Shown: positions 27,332 to 35,514 of the stretch, one piece after another | Layout: each line of letters begins with the position of its first letter | Position numbering within the stretch: position 1 is the stretch's first letter | Assembly: GCA_035504435.1 (NCBI GenBank) | Contig: DATJRV010000083.1 | Location: forward strand, 22,242 to 86,241 | Source of the DNA: Solirubrobacteraceae bacterium | GTDB lineage: Bacteria > Actinomycetota > Thermoleophilia > Solirubrobacterales > Solirubrobacteraceae | Direction of reading: 5' to 3' | DNA: 64,000 bases | Made by a program: the position numbers and the translations under genes | The notes under the pieces: generated by a model | Databases searched by the model: none | The model's input: the letters and a program-made list of their open reading frames with translations, nothing else | Told to the model about the DNA's origin: nothing

Positions 27332-28647
27332 TGCGGCGCCTCCGCAGCCGACAGGCCGGTTGCCACAGCGAGCCGGTGCAGCGAGACCGTCTCAGCGAGG
27401 CTCGCGTCGAGCACGCCCACCTCCGCGCAGCGGACCTCCACGCCCAACGTGGCCTTCAGCGCGTCGGCGAAACCCGGGATGTCCTGGGCGCAGCCGCTCA
27501 TCACGACGTGCGAGACCTCGCCGCCGCCGTCCTGGGAGCGGTGGAAGTCGAGGGAGTTGCGCACCTCGCCGGAGATGTCGCGGATGCCGTTCTCCAGCAC
27601 CGCCCACAGGTCGGCGTCCGACTGCGCGGTCGCGGCCGGCGCGGGCGCCTCTTCCAGCGCCGTGAGCTCCTCGTAGCTCATTTCACGTTCGCCCTGCTCG
27701 GCCTCCTCAGCGCTCAGCGGCTCGCGCTCCTCACCGGGCTCTGCGGCTATCTCGTCATCGTGGGAGCTCGCCTCGTCCGCGCTCGGTGCGACCGCGTCGC
27801 TGCCATGCATGCCTGGCGCCGGGGCGGTCAGATCGACGCCCATCAGCAGCGCCCGCGCGTCGGTCAACGCGATGCTGCGCCGCTCGGCGAGCTCGCTGGC
27901 CATGCCCTCCAGGCCGGTGCCGACGACGCGTGTGAAGCGACACACGGTGCCCTCGGCGATCGCCAGGTTGGTCAGGCCGTCGACGTTCAGGTACAGCACG
28001 CGGCCGGGCTGCTCTCCCTCCGCGGGCGGCGCTGGCTCGGGACGGTACAGCGAGCGGATCAGCGCGAACGCGGACAGGTCGACGCCTTCCGCGCTCAACC
28101 CCGCTTGGCGCACCGCCTTCAGCAGCCGTTCGATCATGTCGCGTTGGGCAGCCACCAGCACCACCCGCTGGCGCGGTCCCGCGGGGGTGTCGACGATGCC
28201 CAGCGGGTGGAAGTCCATGACGGCGTTGTTCAGCGGCATCGGCACCTGGTCCTGGGCCTGGAAGTTGACGGCCGCGGCGAGCTCTTTGGGGTCTGTGACC
28301 GGTGGCAGCTCGAGCGTGCGCAGCACCGTGCGCTGGTTGGCGACGCCAACGCGCACGCGCTTGGACAGCCCGCTGCCGGCGAACAGCTCGCGCAGCGTCT
28401 CCGCGAGCGCCCCCTCGTCGAGGACTTCCCCGTCGCGCATCGAGTCCGCTGGCAGCGCCATCGTGGCTGCTCGCTCGGCGAGGATGCGCCCGTTCACGCG
28501 CGCCTGCACGGCGGCCACGAACCCCGGCTGGATGTCGAGCCCCACGAGGCTCTTGGCGGAGCCGCGGCCGAGCAGGGACGGAAGCCTGAGCTTCAGCGCC
28601 GGGACCTTGAGCTCCGGCGAGGCGATTCGTGAAGGAAGGATCTGCAT
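27328..28647 (-). CDS. pilM: Type IV pilus assembly protein PilM
   Basis: VGLDI, FQAQDQVPMPL, VDLSAFALIRSL, EVRNSLDFH actin-like fold. Confidence 0.93.
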   Translation of the reverse strand: MQILPSRIASPELKVPALKLRLPSLLGRGSAKSLVGLDIQPGFVAAVQARVNGRILAERAATMALPADSMRDGEVLDEGALAETLRELFAGSGLSKRVRVGVANQRTVLRTLELPPVTDPKELAAAVNFQAQDQVPMPLNNAVMDFHPLGIVDTPAGPRQRVVLVAAQRDMIERLLKAVRQAGLSAEGVDLSAFALIRSLYRPEPAPPAEGEQPGRVLYLNVDGLTNLAIAEGTVCRFTRVVGTGLEGMASELAERRSIALTDARALLMGVDLTAPAPGMHGSDAVAPSADEASSHDDEIAAEPGEEREPLSAEEAEQGEREMSYEELTALEEAPAPAATAQSDADLWAVLENGIRDISGEVRNSLDFHRSQDGGGEVSHVVMSGCAQDIPGFADALKATLGVEVRCAEVGVLDASLAETVSLHRLAVATGLSAAEAPQ

Positions 28648-28692
28648 CTGAGTAGGACGCTTCGGGCGGCGGGCAGATCGCCCGCATCAGCG

Positions 28693-28720
28693 ATATCGGC
28701 GCAATGCCTGCGGCGCTTTA
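28693..28720 (-). promoter_or_regulatory. Sigma28/WhiG-type promoter of pilMNO
   Basis: Minus strand TAAA(28720-17)-N16-GCCGATAT(28700-28693). Confidence 0.8.
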
Positions 28721-29470
28721 GTGCAGGAAGTGGTTGACGTAGACGCTCACCAGCTGCGGGCCGACGAACACCGCCACCACCGCTCCCAGCGCCAGGAACG
28801 GCCCGAACGGGATCGCCGTCTTGCGCCCGGCATGCGCGCCGTTGCGCGCGATCACCACCGCGCCCAGCGCCACGCCGCTGAGCAGCGCCGTCAGCAGCGC
28901 GGGCGCCACCGCGGAGCCCAGGAACAGGCCCATCACGCCGGCGAGCTTGACGTCACCCATGCCCATGCCGCGCGGGTAGGCGAGCGCCGCGAGCAGGAAG
29001 AAGCCGCCGGCGGCGGCGGCGGCGATCAAACGTCCAGGCTCGCCCGCCGGGTCGAGCGCGAGCCCGAGCGCCAGCGCGAGCGCGGCGCCCAGGCCGGTGA
29101 GCTTGTTGGGGATGATGCGGTGCTCGAGGTCGATCAGCGCGATCGGCACCACCAGCAGGATCAGCGCGATGCCGAGCGCGATCTCCGAGGCGGAGTGGTG
29201 CACGAGCACGACGCCCACGCACAGCGCCGCGGTCAGCGCCTCGACGAGCGGATAGCGCGGCGAGATCGGCGCGCCGCAGCTGCGGCAGTGCCCGCGCAGC
29301 AAGAGCCAGGAGAGGATCGGGATGTTGTCGTAGGGCTTGACCGGCGTGCCGCAGCGCGTGCAGTGCGAGGCGGGCTTGACGATCGACTCGTGGCGCGGCA
29401 GCCGGTAGGCGACGACGTTCAGGAACGAGCCGAAGACGGCGCCGAGCACTCCCGCCAAAGTGGCCTCCAT
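28718..29470 (-). CDS. pilD: Prepilin peptidase / N-methyltransferase
   Basis: GSFLNVVAYRLP, two CxxC pairs, IDLEHRIIP, GMGDVKL, PFGPFL. Confidence 0.96.
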   Translation of the reverse strand: MEATLAGVLGAVFGSFLNVVAYRLPRHESIVKPASHCTRCGTPVKPYDNIPILSWLLLRGHCRSCGAPISPRYPLVEALTAALCVGVVLVHHSASEIALGIALILLVVPIALIDLEHRIIPNKLTGLGAALALALGLALDPAGEPGRLIAAAAAGGFFLLAALAYPRGMGMGDVKLAGVMGLFLGSAVAPALLTALLSGVALGAVVIARNGAHAGRKTAIPFGPFLALGAVVAVFVGPQLVSVYVNHFLH

Positions 29471-29477
29471 GCGCAAT

Positions 29478-29505
29478 TGATCGGCCGCTACGGGATCGGG
29501 CTTGA
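29478..29505 (-). promoter_or_regulatory. Sigma28/WhiG-type promoter of pilD (probably leaderless)
   Basis: TCAA(29505-02)-N16-GCCGATCA(29485-78), ATG 7 nt later at 29470. Confidence 0.75.
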
Positions 29506-29530
29506 GCGGTGGCGCAGAGCGCGGGCGATC

Positions 29531-29562
29531 AAAGAAGAGAGGCGGCCCGAGGGCCGCCTCTC
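29531..29562 (-). terminator. Intrinsic terminator after pilin gene
   Basis: GAGAGGCGGCCC-TC-GGGCCGCCTCTC followed by TTCTTT on the minus strand. Confidence 0.8.
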
Positions 29563-29603
29563 AGTCTCTGGAGCTCGTCCAGAGCCCGTTGCGATCGGGG
29601 GAA

Positions 29604-30059
29604 CTACCAGCTTCCGGTCGGGCAGCCCTTGTCGTTGTTGTTTTCAGTACAGCTGCGGGTCACGACACCTTCGGAGTTCCGGGTAATCGTGAACGTGTCA
29701 CCTGTCTTGTGGGCTTTGACGGTGACCGAGTATTCGTTGGCTCCAGGCGATGTCCCCGAGAGCCACGCGCCGCCGCCCGATGTTTCTTCGCTTATCGGGA
29801 TGGCTTTTTCGTAAGCGTGGATTTCTTCGGGGGTCACCTTCAAGTATTCCCCGTTGTTGTCGGTGGCGATCGTCTCCGCGGTCGTCTGCGCAGACTGGGC
29901 CAGCGACTTCGCCGACGCGTCGTAGGCCTTGTTCTTCTGGCTCAGCAGCGACGGGATGGCAATGGCGGCGAGGATGCCGATGATGAGAATAACGACCAGC
30001 AGTTCGATGAGCGTGAAACCACTCTCATCCGTTGAGCGCTGGCGCAGTCGGTACAACAT
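29604..30059 (-). CDS. pilA: Type IV major pilin
   Basis: Class III signal DESG|FTLIELLVVILIIGILAAIAIP, C-terminal Cys pair, AGGAGG RBS. Confidence 0.95.
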   Translation of the reverse strand: MLYRLRQRSTDESGFTLIELLVVILIIGILAAIAIPSLLSQKNKAYDASAKSLAQSAQTTAETIATDNNGEYLKVTPEEIHAYEKAIPISEETSGGGAWLSGTSPGANEYSVTVKAHKTGDTFTITRNSEGVVTRSCTENNNDKGCPTGSW

Positions 30060-30093
30060 TGCTTGATCCTCCTAGGATCCGGTTTGGGCGCCA

Positions 30094-30190
30094 GCCCTTG
30101 GTAATCGCCTCTTGCGGCGATGCGTCCCCCTTCGGTGAGGGCCGCCGGCTTTGCTACGCACCTGTCGATGCTTTGCCATGGCACCTCGGC
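30094..30190 (-). ncRNA. Candidate c-di-GMP-I (GEMM-I)-like riboswitch in the pilA leader
   Basis: GGCAAA-GCAUC-GACA-GGUGC-GUA-GCAAAGCC (30177-30147), then a P3-like stem and GAUUACC. Tetraloop and 3' half are non-canonical. Confidence 0.55.
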
Positions 30191-30209
30191 GCTGGCTCTG
30201 TCAGCGGCT

Positions 30210-30237
30210 GGATCGACCGGCGCACGGCGAACCTTTA
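30210..30237 (-). promoter_or_regulatory. Sigma28/WhiG-type promoter of pilA
   Basis: TAAA(30237-34)-N16-GTCGATCC(30217-10). Confidence 0.75.
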
Positions 30238-30285
30238 CGGCTGCACGGGGCGTTGGACGGATGGCCTGACGCCGCAGCGGGGGGC

Positions 30286-30546
30286 TCAGGCGGCCGGCTC
30301 GGGCGCCTGACTCGTCGCGTCCTCGCCCGTGTCGTTCCCGGCCCAGTGTGCCTGCGCGTCGACACCCGGCACACGTACGCCGCTGCCCTCGCACCACGGA
30401 CACCGGAGCGCGCTGGGGCTGGCGCCCAGGTTCGAGATCACTTGGCCGGTGCCGCGGCAGGCCATACACTCCCGCGGCTCATGGGATGCCGACTCCTGAC
30501 CGCCGCTGGAGCCGCTCTGGCCGTTGTCGGTGCTGTCGCTCGCCAC
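30286..30546 (-). CDS. Small protein with DnaJ-type CxxCxGxG zinc-finger repeats
   Basis: CMACRGTG and CPWCEGSG. Confidence 0.75.
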   Translation of the reverse strand: MASDSTDNGQSGSSGGQESASHEPRECMACRGTGQVISNLGASPSALRCPWCEGSGVRVPGVDAQAHWAGNDTGEDATSQAPEPAA

Positions 30547-30572
30547 GAGCCGACCACACTAGCGTTCCGCGC

Positions 30573-32585
30573 GTGAGCACACCCAGACGCATGGCGGAGT
30601 GGGCGCTCGTGGCTGCGATCACGGTGGGCGCGGCGGCGCTGCGCCTGGTGCACATCGGCCAGGTTCCGCCCGACCCGTTCTACGACGCGGCGGTGCGCAG
30701 CATGTCACTGTCGTGGCACAACTTCTTCTTCGGCGTGTACGACCCCGGCGGCAGCCTGTCGATCGACAAGCCGCCCGTGGACCTGTGGCTGCAGGTGATC
30801 AGCACGCAGCTGCTGGGGTACAGCTCGACGACGCTGAAGCTGCCGGAGGCGTGCGCGGGCATCGTGTCGGTGCCCGCGCTGTACGTGGTCGTGCGCCGCA
30901 TGTGGAGCGCCCCCGCGGGCATCGCCGCCGCGGTCGCGATGGCAGTGCTGCCGATCGAGGTGATCACCGCGCGCAGCGACACGATGGACGCGGTGATGAT
31001 GCTCGTGATCGTGCTCGCGCTGTGGCTCGCGGTGCGCGCGGTCGAGAGCGGGCGTCTGGCGTTCCTGCTCGCCGCCGCCGCGGCGCTGGGCGTGGCGTTC
31101 GACGTGAAGCTGCTCGAGTCGCTGATCGCGCTGCCGGGGCTCGCGGCGTTCGCCTACCTCGGCATGCCCGGCTCGCGCGTACGGCGCCTGCTGGGCCTGA
31201 CCGCGGCCGGCGCCGTGTATGTGGCGGTGGCGCTCGCGTGGCTCACCGCCACGCTGCTGTTCCCCGCGCACGACCGCCCGTACGCGATCGGCTCGACCAA
31301 CGGCAGCGCGTGGAACGCGGCGTTCGTGTTCAACGGCACAGACCGCCTGGCCGGCAAATCGCCGGAACCCGGGGCGACCGTGTACGAAGCCGGCCACCAC
31401 TACCCCGTGGCGACCCAGGAGGAGCGCGACCACATCCCGATCGTGCCGCCCTCGCCGACGCGGCTGCTGGCCACCGTCGGGCCGCTGTCCGGCGAGCGTC
31501 TGGGCCTGGAGGTGCTGGTGGCGCTGTTGCTGGGGATGCCGGCGCTCGCCTGGGGGCTGTGGGCCGAGCGCAACGGGCCGGAGCGAGATGAGGCCGAGCG
31601 GTACGGGGCCGAGCTCGGTGTGGCCGGGCGCGACGGGACCGGGCGCGGTGTGACCCCGAGCGAGAGTGTTGGGCGGCGCCGGCGCATGCGCCGGGCGTGC
31701 GCGGGCGGCCTCGGCGTGTGGATGCTGACGGGCATCGTGCTCTACAGCCACATGATCCGTCTGCACCCGCGTTACGTCGAAGCGTTCACGCCGGTCGTCG
31801 CCGCCATGCTGGGCATCGGCCTCGCGTGGGCGGCCGTCCCGGACCGCCCACCGCGAGGCTCTGGGGCGGCGAGTGGACGCCCGGCGAGCGGCGCGTCCCA
31901 GCGACCGCTGGGTTGGGAGCGTGCGCGCGTGTTGCTCCTGGTTATCACCCTGGCGGTCGTCGTGTACTACGCCGAGCGCCTCCTCTACGGCGTCGCGCCC
32001 GTGTGGTGGGTGACGCTCGCGGCGGCGCTGTGCGCAGTTGCGCTCGCCGCGCTTGCGTGGTCGCGCGGCGCTCCCTCACCGCGCGGCTCGCTGCTGACGA
32101 GCGCCGGCGTGATGGCGCTCAGCCTGGTGGCGGTGCTGGCGATCCCGTTGAAGGCGGACTTCACGGCGATCGCCGACCGCGTCAGCGACGCCGGGCTCGT
32201 CGGTCAGCTGCCGGGCGCTCAGCAGCACCCGCTGAGCGCATACCTGATCGCCCACCAAGACGGCGCCTACTACGAGGTGGCGTCCGAGTCGGCGACGGCG
32301 GTCGGCTCGCTGATCGTCCAAGACGCCCGGCCGATCCTCGCACTGACAACCTACGACGCGCGCGTGTTCACCTCCATACCCCAGCTACGGCGCCTGATCG
32401 CGCACGGCAAGGTGCGCTACGCGTTCCTGAACACGTTCTGCGTCAAGGAAGCGGCGACGTCGGTGAACCCCGCGTGCGCAGCGCCCGTGCAGTGGGTGCG
32501 CGCGCACGGCACCGACGTCTCGCTGCAGGCTGGCCTGGGGCAAGGCGGCCTCTTGTACCTGCTGCCGGGAGCCAAGACGGGATGA
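30573..32585 (+). CDS. GT39/ArnT-like (PMT_2) membrane glycosyltransferase
   Basis: DPFYDAAVRSM..SIDKPPVDLW, ITARSDTMD, GVAFDVKLL, multi-TM. Confidence 0.88.
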   Translation: MSTPRRMAEWALVAAITVGAAALRLVHIGQVPPDPFYDAAVRSMSLSWHNFFFGVYDPGGSLSIDKPPVDLWLQVISTQLLGYSSTTLKLPEACAGIVSVPALYVVVRRMWSAPAGIAAAVAMAVLPIEVITARSDTMDAVMMLVIVLALWLAVRAVESGRLAFLLAAAAALGVAFDVKLLESLIALPGLAAFAYLGMPGSRVRRLLGLTAAGAVYVAVALAWLTATLLFPAHDRPYAIGSTNGSAWNAAFVFNGTDRLAGKSPEPGATVYEAGHHYPVATQEERDHIPIVPPSPTRLLATVGPLSGERLGLEVLVALLLGMPALAWGLWAERNGPERDEAERYGAELGVAGRDGTGRGVTPSESVGRRRRMRRACAGGLGVWMLTGIVLYSHMIRLHPRYVEAFTPVVAAMLGIGLAWAAVPDRPPRGSGAASGRPASGASQRPLGWERARVLLLVITLAVVVYYAERLLYGVAPVWWVTLAAALCAVALAALAWSRGAPSPRGSLLTSAGVMALSLVAVLAIPLKADFTAIADRVSDAGLVGQLPGAQQHPLSAYLIAHQDGAYYEVASESATAVGSLIVQDARPILALTTYDARVFTSIPQLRRLIAHGKVRYAFLNTFCVKEAATSVNPACAAPVQWVRAHGTDVSLQAGLGQGGLLYLLPGAKTG

Positions 32586-33802
32586 GCGCAGCAGACGATC
32601 CGCACGGGCTGCACGCGCTGGCCGACGGGGCACGCGCGGCCGGCCGTCTGGCGCTTGACACGGAGTTCATGGGCGAGGGCCGCTACCGCACGCTGTTGTG
32701 CCTCGTGCAGCTGGCGATCCCCGAGGGCGCACACGCCGCGGGGCGCGCGCCGGAGGGCGAGCGCATCGCCGTCGTCGACCCGCTCGCCGAGGACCTCGAC
32801 GGCGCGCCGCTGGCGGGCGTGCTGGCGGACCCGGCCGTGCAGATCGTCGTGCACGCCGGGCGCCAGGACGTGGCGCTCGTGCGCCGCCGCTTTCAGACGG
32901 AGGTGACCAACGTGTTCGACACGCAGGTCGCCGCTGGTTTCGCGGGCCTGGGCGCGCAGAGCTCGTACGACTCGCTGCTCACGGAGCTGCTCGGCCTGCG
33001 GGTGGCGAAGACCGCGAGCTTCACCCGCTGGGACGTGCGCCCGCTCTCACCCGAGCAGCTCGCGTACGCGCGCGAGGACGTCGTGCACCTGGTCGAGCTC
33101 GCGGATGAGCTCGAACGCCGCCTGGTAAGGCTCGAGCGGCTGCAGTGGGCGCAGGAGGAGTGCCAGCCGCTGGCGCTCGCCAACGACGAGCGCGACCCCG
33201 AGACGATCTTCGCGCGCCTGCCGCGCATCGGCAGCCTCGCCGCCGCCGCGCGCCCGGTGGCGCGCGAGCTCGTCGAGTGGCGCGAGCGCACCGCCGCCCG
33301 CCACGACCGCCCGGTGCAGAGCGTGCTGGGCGACGCGACGCTGCTGGAGATCGCCAAGCGCCGCCCTGCCTCGCGCGAGGAGCTCGAACGCATCCGCGGC
33401 GTGGGCACATCCGCTGGCGCCCGCCGCTTCGAGGAGCTGCTGGAGGCGATCCGCCGCGGGCGCGAACGACCGCCCGAACCACCGCCGCAGCACTCGCGCG
33501 GCCCCACGCCCAAGCCGGACGACGCCCCGCTGGTCGCGCTCGGCGAGGCGCTGCTGCGCGCACGCGCACGCGAAGCCGGCCTCGCCTACGAGCTGCTGGC
33601 CGCGCGCGCCGACCTGCAGGCGATCGTCGCCGCCGCGCGCGGCGGGGGCGAGGAGGCGGATGTGCGCACGCTGCGCGGCTGGCGGCGCGAGCTGGCGGGG
33701 GCCGAGCTGCTGGAGCTGCTCGACGGGAGGGTGGCGCTGTCGGTGGCGCACACCGACGGCGGGCGGCGGGTGCGGATCAGCGAGGCGCCGGAGCGGGGAT
33801 GA
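32582..33802 (+). CDS. rnd: Ribonuclease D
   Basis: ALDTEFM, VHAGRQD, FDTQVAA, YAREDV, HRDC-like VLGDATLLEIA. Confidence 0.95.
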   Translation: MSAADDPHGLHALADGARAAGRLALDTEFMGEGRYRTLLCLVQLAIPEGAHAAGRAPEGERIAVVDPLAEDLDGAPLAGVLADPAVQIVVHAGRQDVALVRRRFQTEVTNVFDTQVAAGFAGLGAQSSYDSLLTELLGLRVAKTASFTRWDVRPLSPEQLAYAREDVVHLVELADELERRLVRLERLQWAQEECQPLALANDERDPETIFARLPRIGSLAAAARPVARELVEWRERTAARHDRPVQSVLGDATLLEIAKRRPASREELERIRGVGTSAGARRFEELLEAIRRGRERPPEPPPQHSRGPTPKPDDAPLVALGEALLRARAREAGLAYELLAARADLQAIVAAARGGGEEADVRTLRGWRRELAGAELLELLDGRVALSVAHTDGGRRVRISEAPERG

Positions 33803-33852
33803 GCGTTTGTAGCCCTCGGCGAGCCCGCAGAGCTCGCAGGCCGAACCGGCTT

Positions 33853-34098
33853 CTATCTAAGAGGCCACCACGAGAAGATCGTGCAGAGCCCGACATGGGC
33901 CAGGAAAGCACCGGCCAGGATATTCAACGCACATGCCATCAATCGAAGTCGATGTACCCGACGACAGCCCGGCCCAGATGTCGCGATCAGGTCCTCTGAG
34001 GACACATGGAGTGATACGCGAGCGCGCGCGAAACGAGGAGCAAAGCCAATCAGTGACACTCCGACCACAACAAAGAGAGCGCCCAAGAGGTCTTTCAT
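33853..34098 (-). CDS. Small 2-TM hypothetical protein (81 aa)
   Basis: ATGA overlap with the upstream ORF stop. Two hydrophobic helices. Confidence 0.55.
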   Translation of the reverse strand: MKDLLGALFVVVGVSLIGFAPRFARARVSLHVSSEDLIATSGPGCRRVHRLRLMACALNILAGAFLAHVGLCTIFSWWPLR

Positions 34099-34340
34099 CC
34101 TGAGCACCCACACGCGGAGTTCTGGTTCGAGCTGAGCCCTATCACCGCAGTCTCTGACGGACCGCCTCCGGCGTCAACCCCAAAGCCTGCGGTAACGCCG
34201 CCGGTCCCACCGATAACGGTGCGCCCATGTCCGGGGATTCCCGCATTCGAGAACCCCGTCCCATAGCCGGCGGACAGCCAGACGCACGCGAAGAGCCCCA
34301 TCACCGCCAGGGCCGATCTCAGCTCCAGCCTCGTCCTCAT
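34095..34340 (-). CDS. Small secreted Gly-rich peptide (81 aa)
   Basis: GAGG RBS, signal-peptide-like MRTRLELRSALAVMGLFACVWLSAG, Gly-rich body, C-terminal CGC. Confidence 0.5.
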   Translation of the reverse strand: MRTRLELRSALAVMGLFACVWLSAGYGTGFSNAGIPGHGRTVIGGTGGVTAGFGVDAGGGPSETAVIGLSSNQNSACGCSG

Positions 34341-34528
34341 TGCAACCTCACGATCGTGACTCGATGGACAACGCACCGTGGCAATCGCAAGCCGATCGCG
34401 GCAGACACGAGGCCGTGGAGACGAGGGCAGCCTACGCATTCCACGGAGCAGCCGTCAAGTGCGATCGACGAAAAGTCCGCTTCTTGGAACTGAACGCGTG
34501 CGCGCGCTCGACGGCATCTGCGCGCGGG

Positions 34529-35092
34529 TCAGCGACGCGCCGGGCTGAGGCCGAGCACATCCGCGGCTTCGAGCACCACCGGGTGCGACGGCGCCAGCGG
34601 CGTCGCACCTTTGAATTGCAGGCGAGGCGCCGCTCGGTCGTACAGCGTGACGTTGATGAAGCTCGCCTCGAGCGTCGACCACCAGCGCAGTCCGAGCGCG
34701 TCCGGGCGTTCGCCGAAGATCCGCTGCGCGTAGGACTGCGTCAACGCGCGCACACCGGTTGCTACCTGCGAGGGCCGTAGAGCGGCATCCGCGAGCACGG
34801 CTGGGCTGTCGAGATCGATGAGCACGCTCGTGTCGTCCAGCTGCAGCTCGACGAGCGCAAGCGGGATCCCACCCCGTACGAGCATCGCCGCCGAGAGCTC
34901 ACCCGTGCCACGAAACGGCGCCAAGCCCTCGGCAACTGCCGACACCGACCGCTCAGCGGCATAAAGGCATCCGTAGAGCGCGGGGTTGTCGTGACGTCCC
35001 GCGCCCTGGAGCTCACGCGGAAACCACAGTCCCCCGCCGGGGCCGCCGACGGGCGCATCGGCCACCCAGGGCAGCAGCCGCCACAGGATCAC
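34529..35092 (-). CDS. RES-domain toxin (NAD+-targeting family)
   Basis: GAGRHDNP, LYAAERSVSAVAE, GLRWWS. Confidence 0.9.
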   Translation of the reverse strand: MILWRLLPWVADAPVGGPGGGLWFPRELQGAGRHDNPALYGCLYAAERSVSAVAEGLAPFRGTGELSAAMLVRGGIPLALVELQLDDTSVLIDLDSPAVLADAALRPSQVATGVRALTQSYAQRIFGERPDALGLRWWSTLEASFINVTLYDRAAPRLQFKGATPLAPSHPVVLEAADVLGLSPARR

Positions 35093-35421
35093 GCGAAGCT
35101 ACCGGCGCGCTCCTGTGCGATCGCGTCCAGGAGCTCCTGCGAGCGCCCGGCGCGGATCACGTCCACCGGGCGGCGTCCACCGAGATGCGGGTTCATCCCC
35201 CGCAGCCACAGCTCCGCCGCCTCGGGCGAATACAGCCGCAGCAGGCTCGACATCGCCAGCTCGAGCAGATCGACGCGACTGGCGTTGGTCTCATCGATGC
35301 CCTGCCCACGCCGCCAGCGCGTAACCTGAGCCGGGCTCACCCCCAACAGCTCGGCGAGCCGCCGCTGCGAGCGAAAGTCCTCGCTCAGAGCGGCCACCTT
35401 CTCGGCAGTGCTCACCGGCAT
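35089..35421 (-). CDS. Xre/MbcA-type antitoxin (DUF2384)
   Basis: N-terminal HTH LAELLGVSPAQVTRW, C-terminal WLRGMNPHLGGRRPVDVI. Confidence 0.9.
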   Translation of the reverse strand: MPVSTAEKVAALSEDFRSQRRLAELLGVSPAQVTRWRRGQGIDETNASRVDLLELAMSSLLRLYSPEAAELWLRGMNPHLGGRRPVDVIRAGRSQELLDAIAQERAGSFA

Positions 35422-35433
35422 ACCTCGATCCTA

Positions 35434-35454
35434 GCGCAACGTTTTACGTTGCGC
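35434..35454. promoter_or_regulatory. Palindromic operator upstream of Xre-RES
   Basis: GCGCAACGT-TTT-ACGTTGCGC, a perfect 9-bp inverted repeat 12 nt before the antitoxin start. Confidence 0.65.
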
Positions 35455-35475
35455 ACTGCCCGCCGCGGAGGAGTG

Positions 35476-35503
35476 CTCGATCGGGTCGAAAGACCGGATC
35501 GAG
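35476..35503 (-). terminator. Hairpin after pilC
   Basis: CTCGATC-G-GGTC-GAAA-GACC-G-GATCGAG, 11 nt past the pilC stop. Confidence 0.6.
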
Positions 35504-35514
35504 AATCTCTGCAC

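Noticed and set aside
29604-30059. Conductive e-pilin
   Set aside because: The mature pilin is full length and has few aromatics in the N-terminal helix (F1, Y32), unlike the Geobacter pattern.
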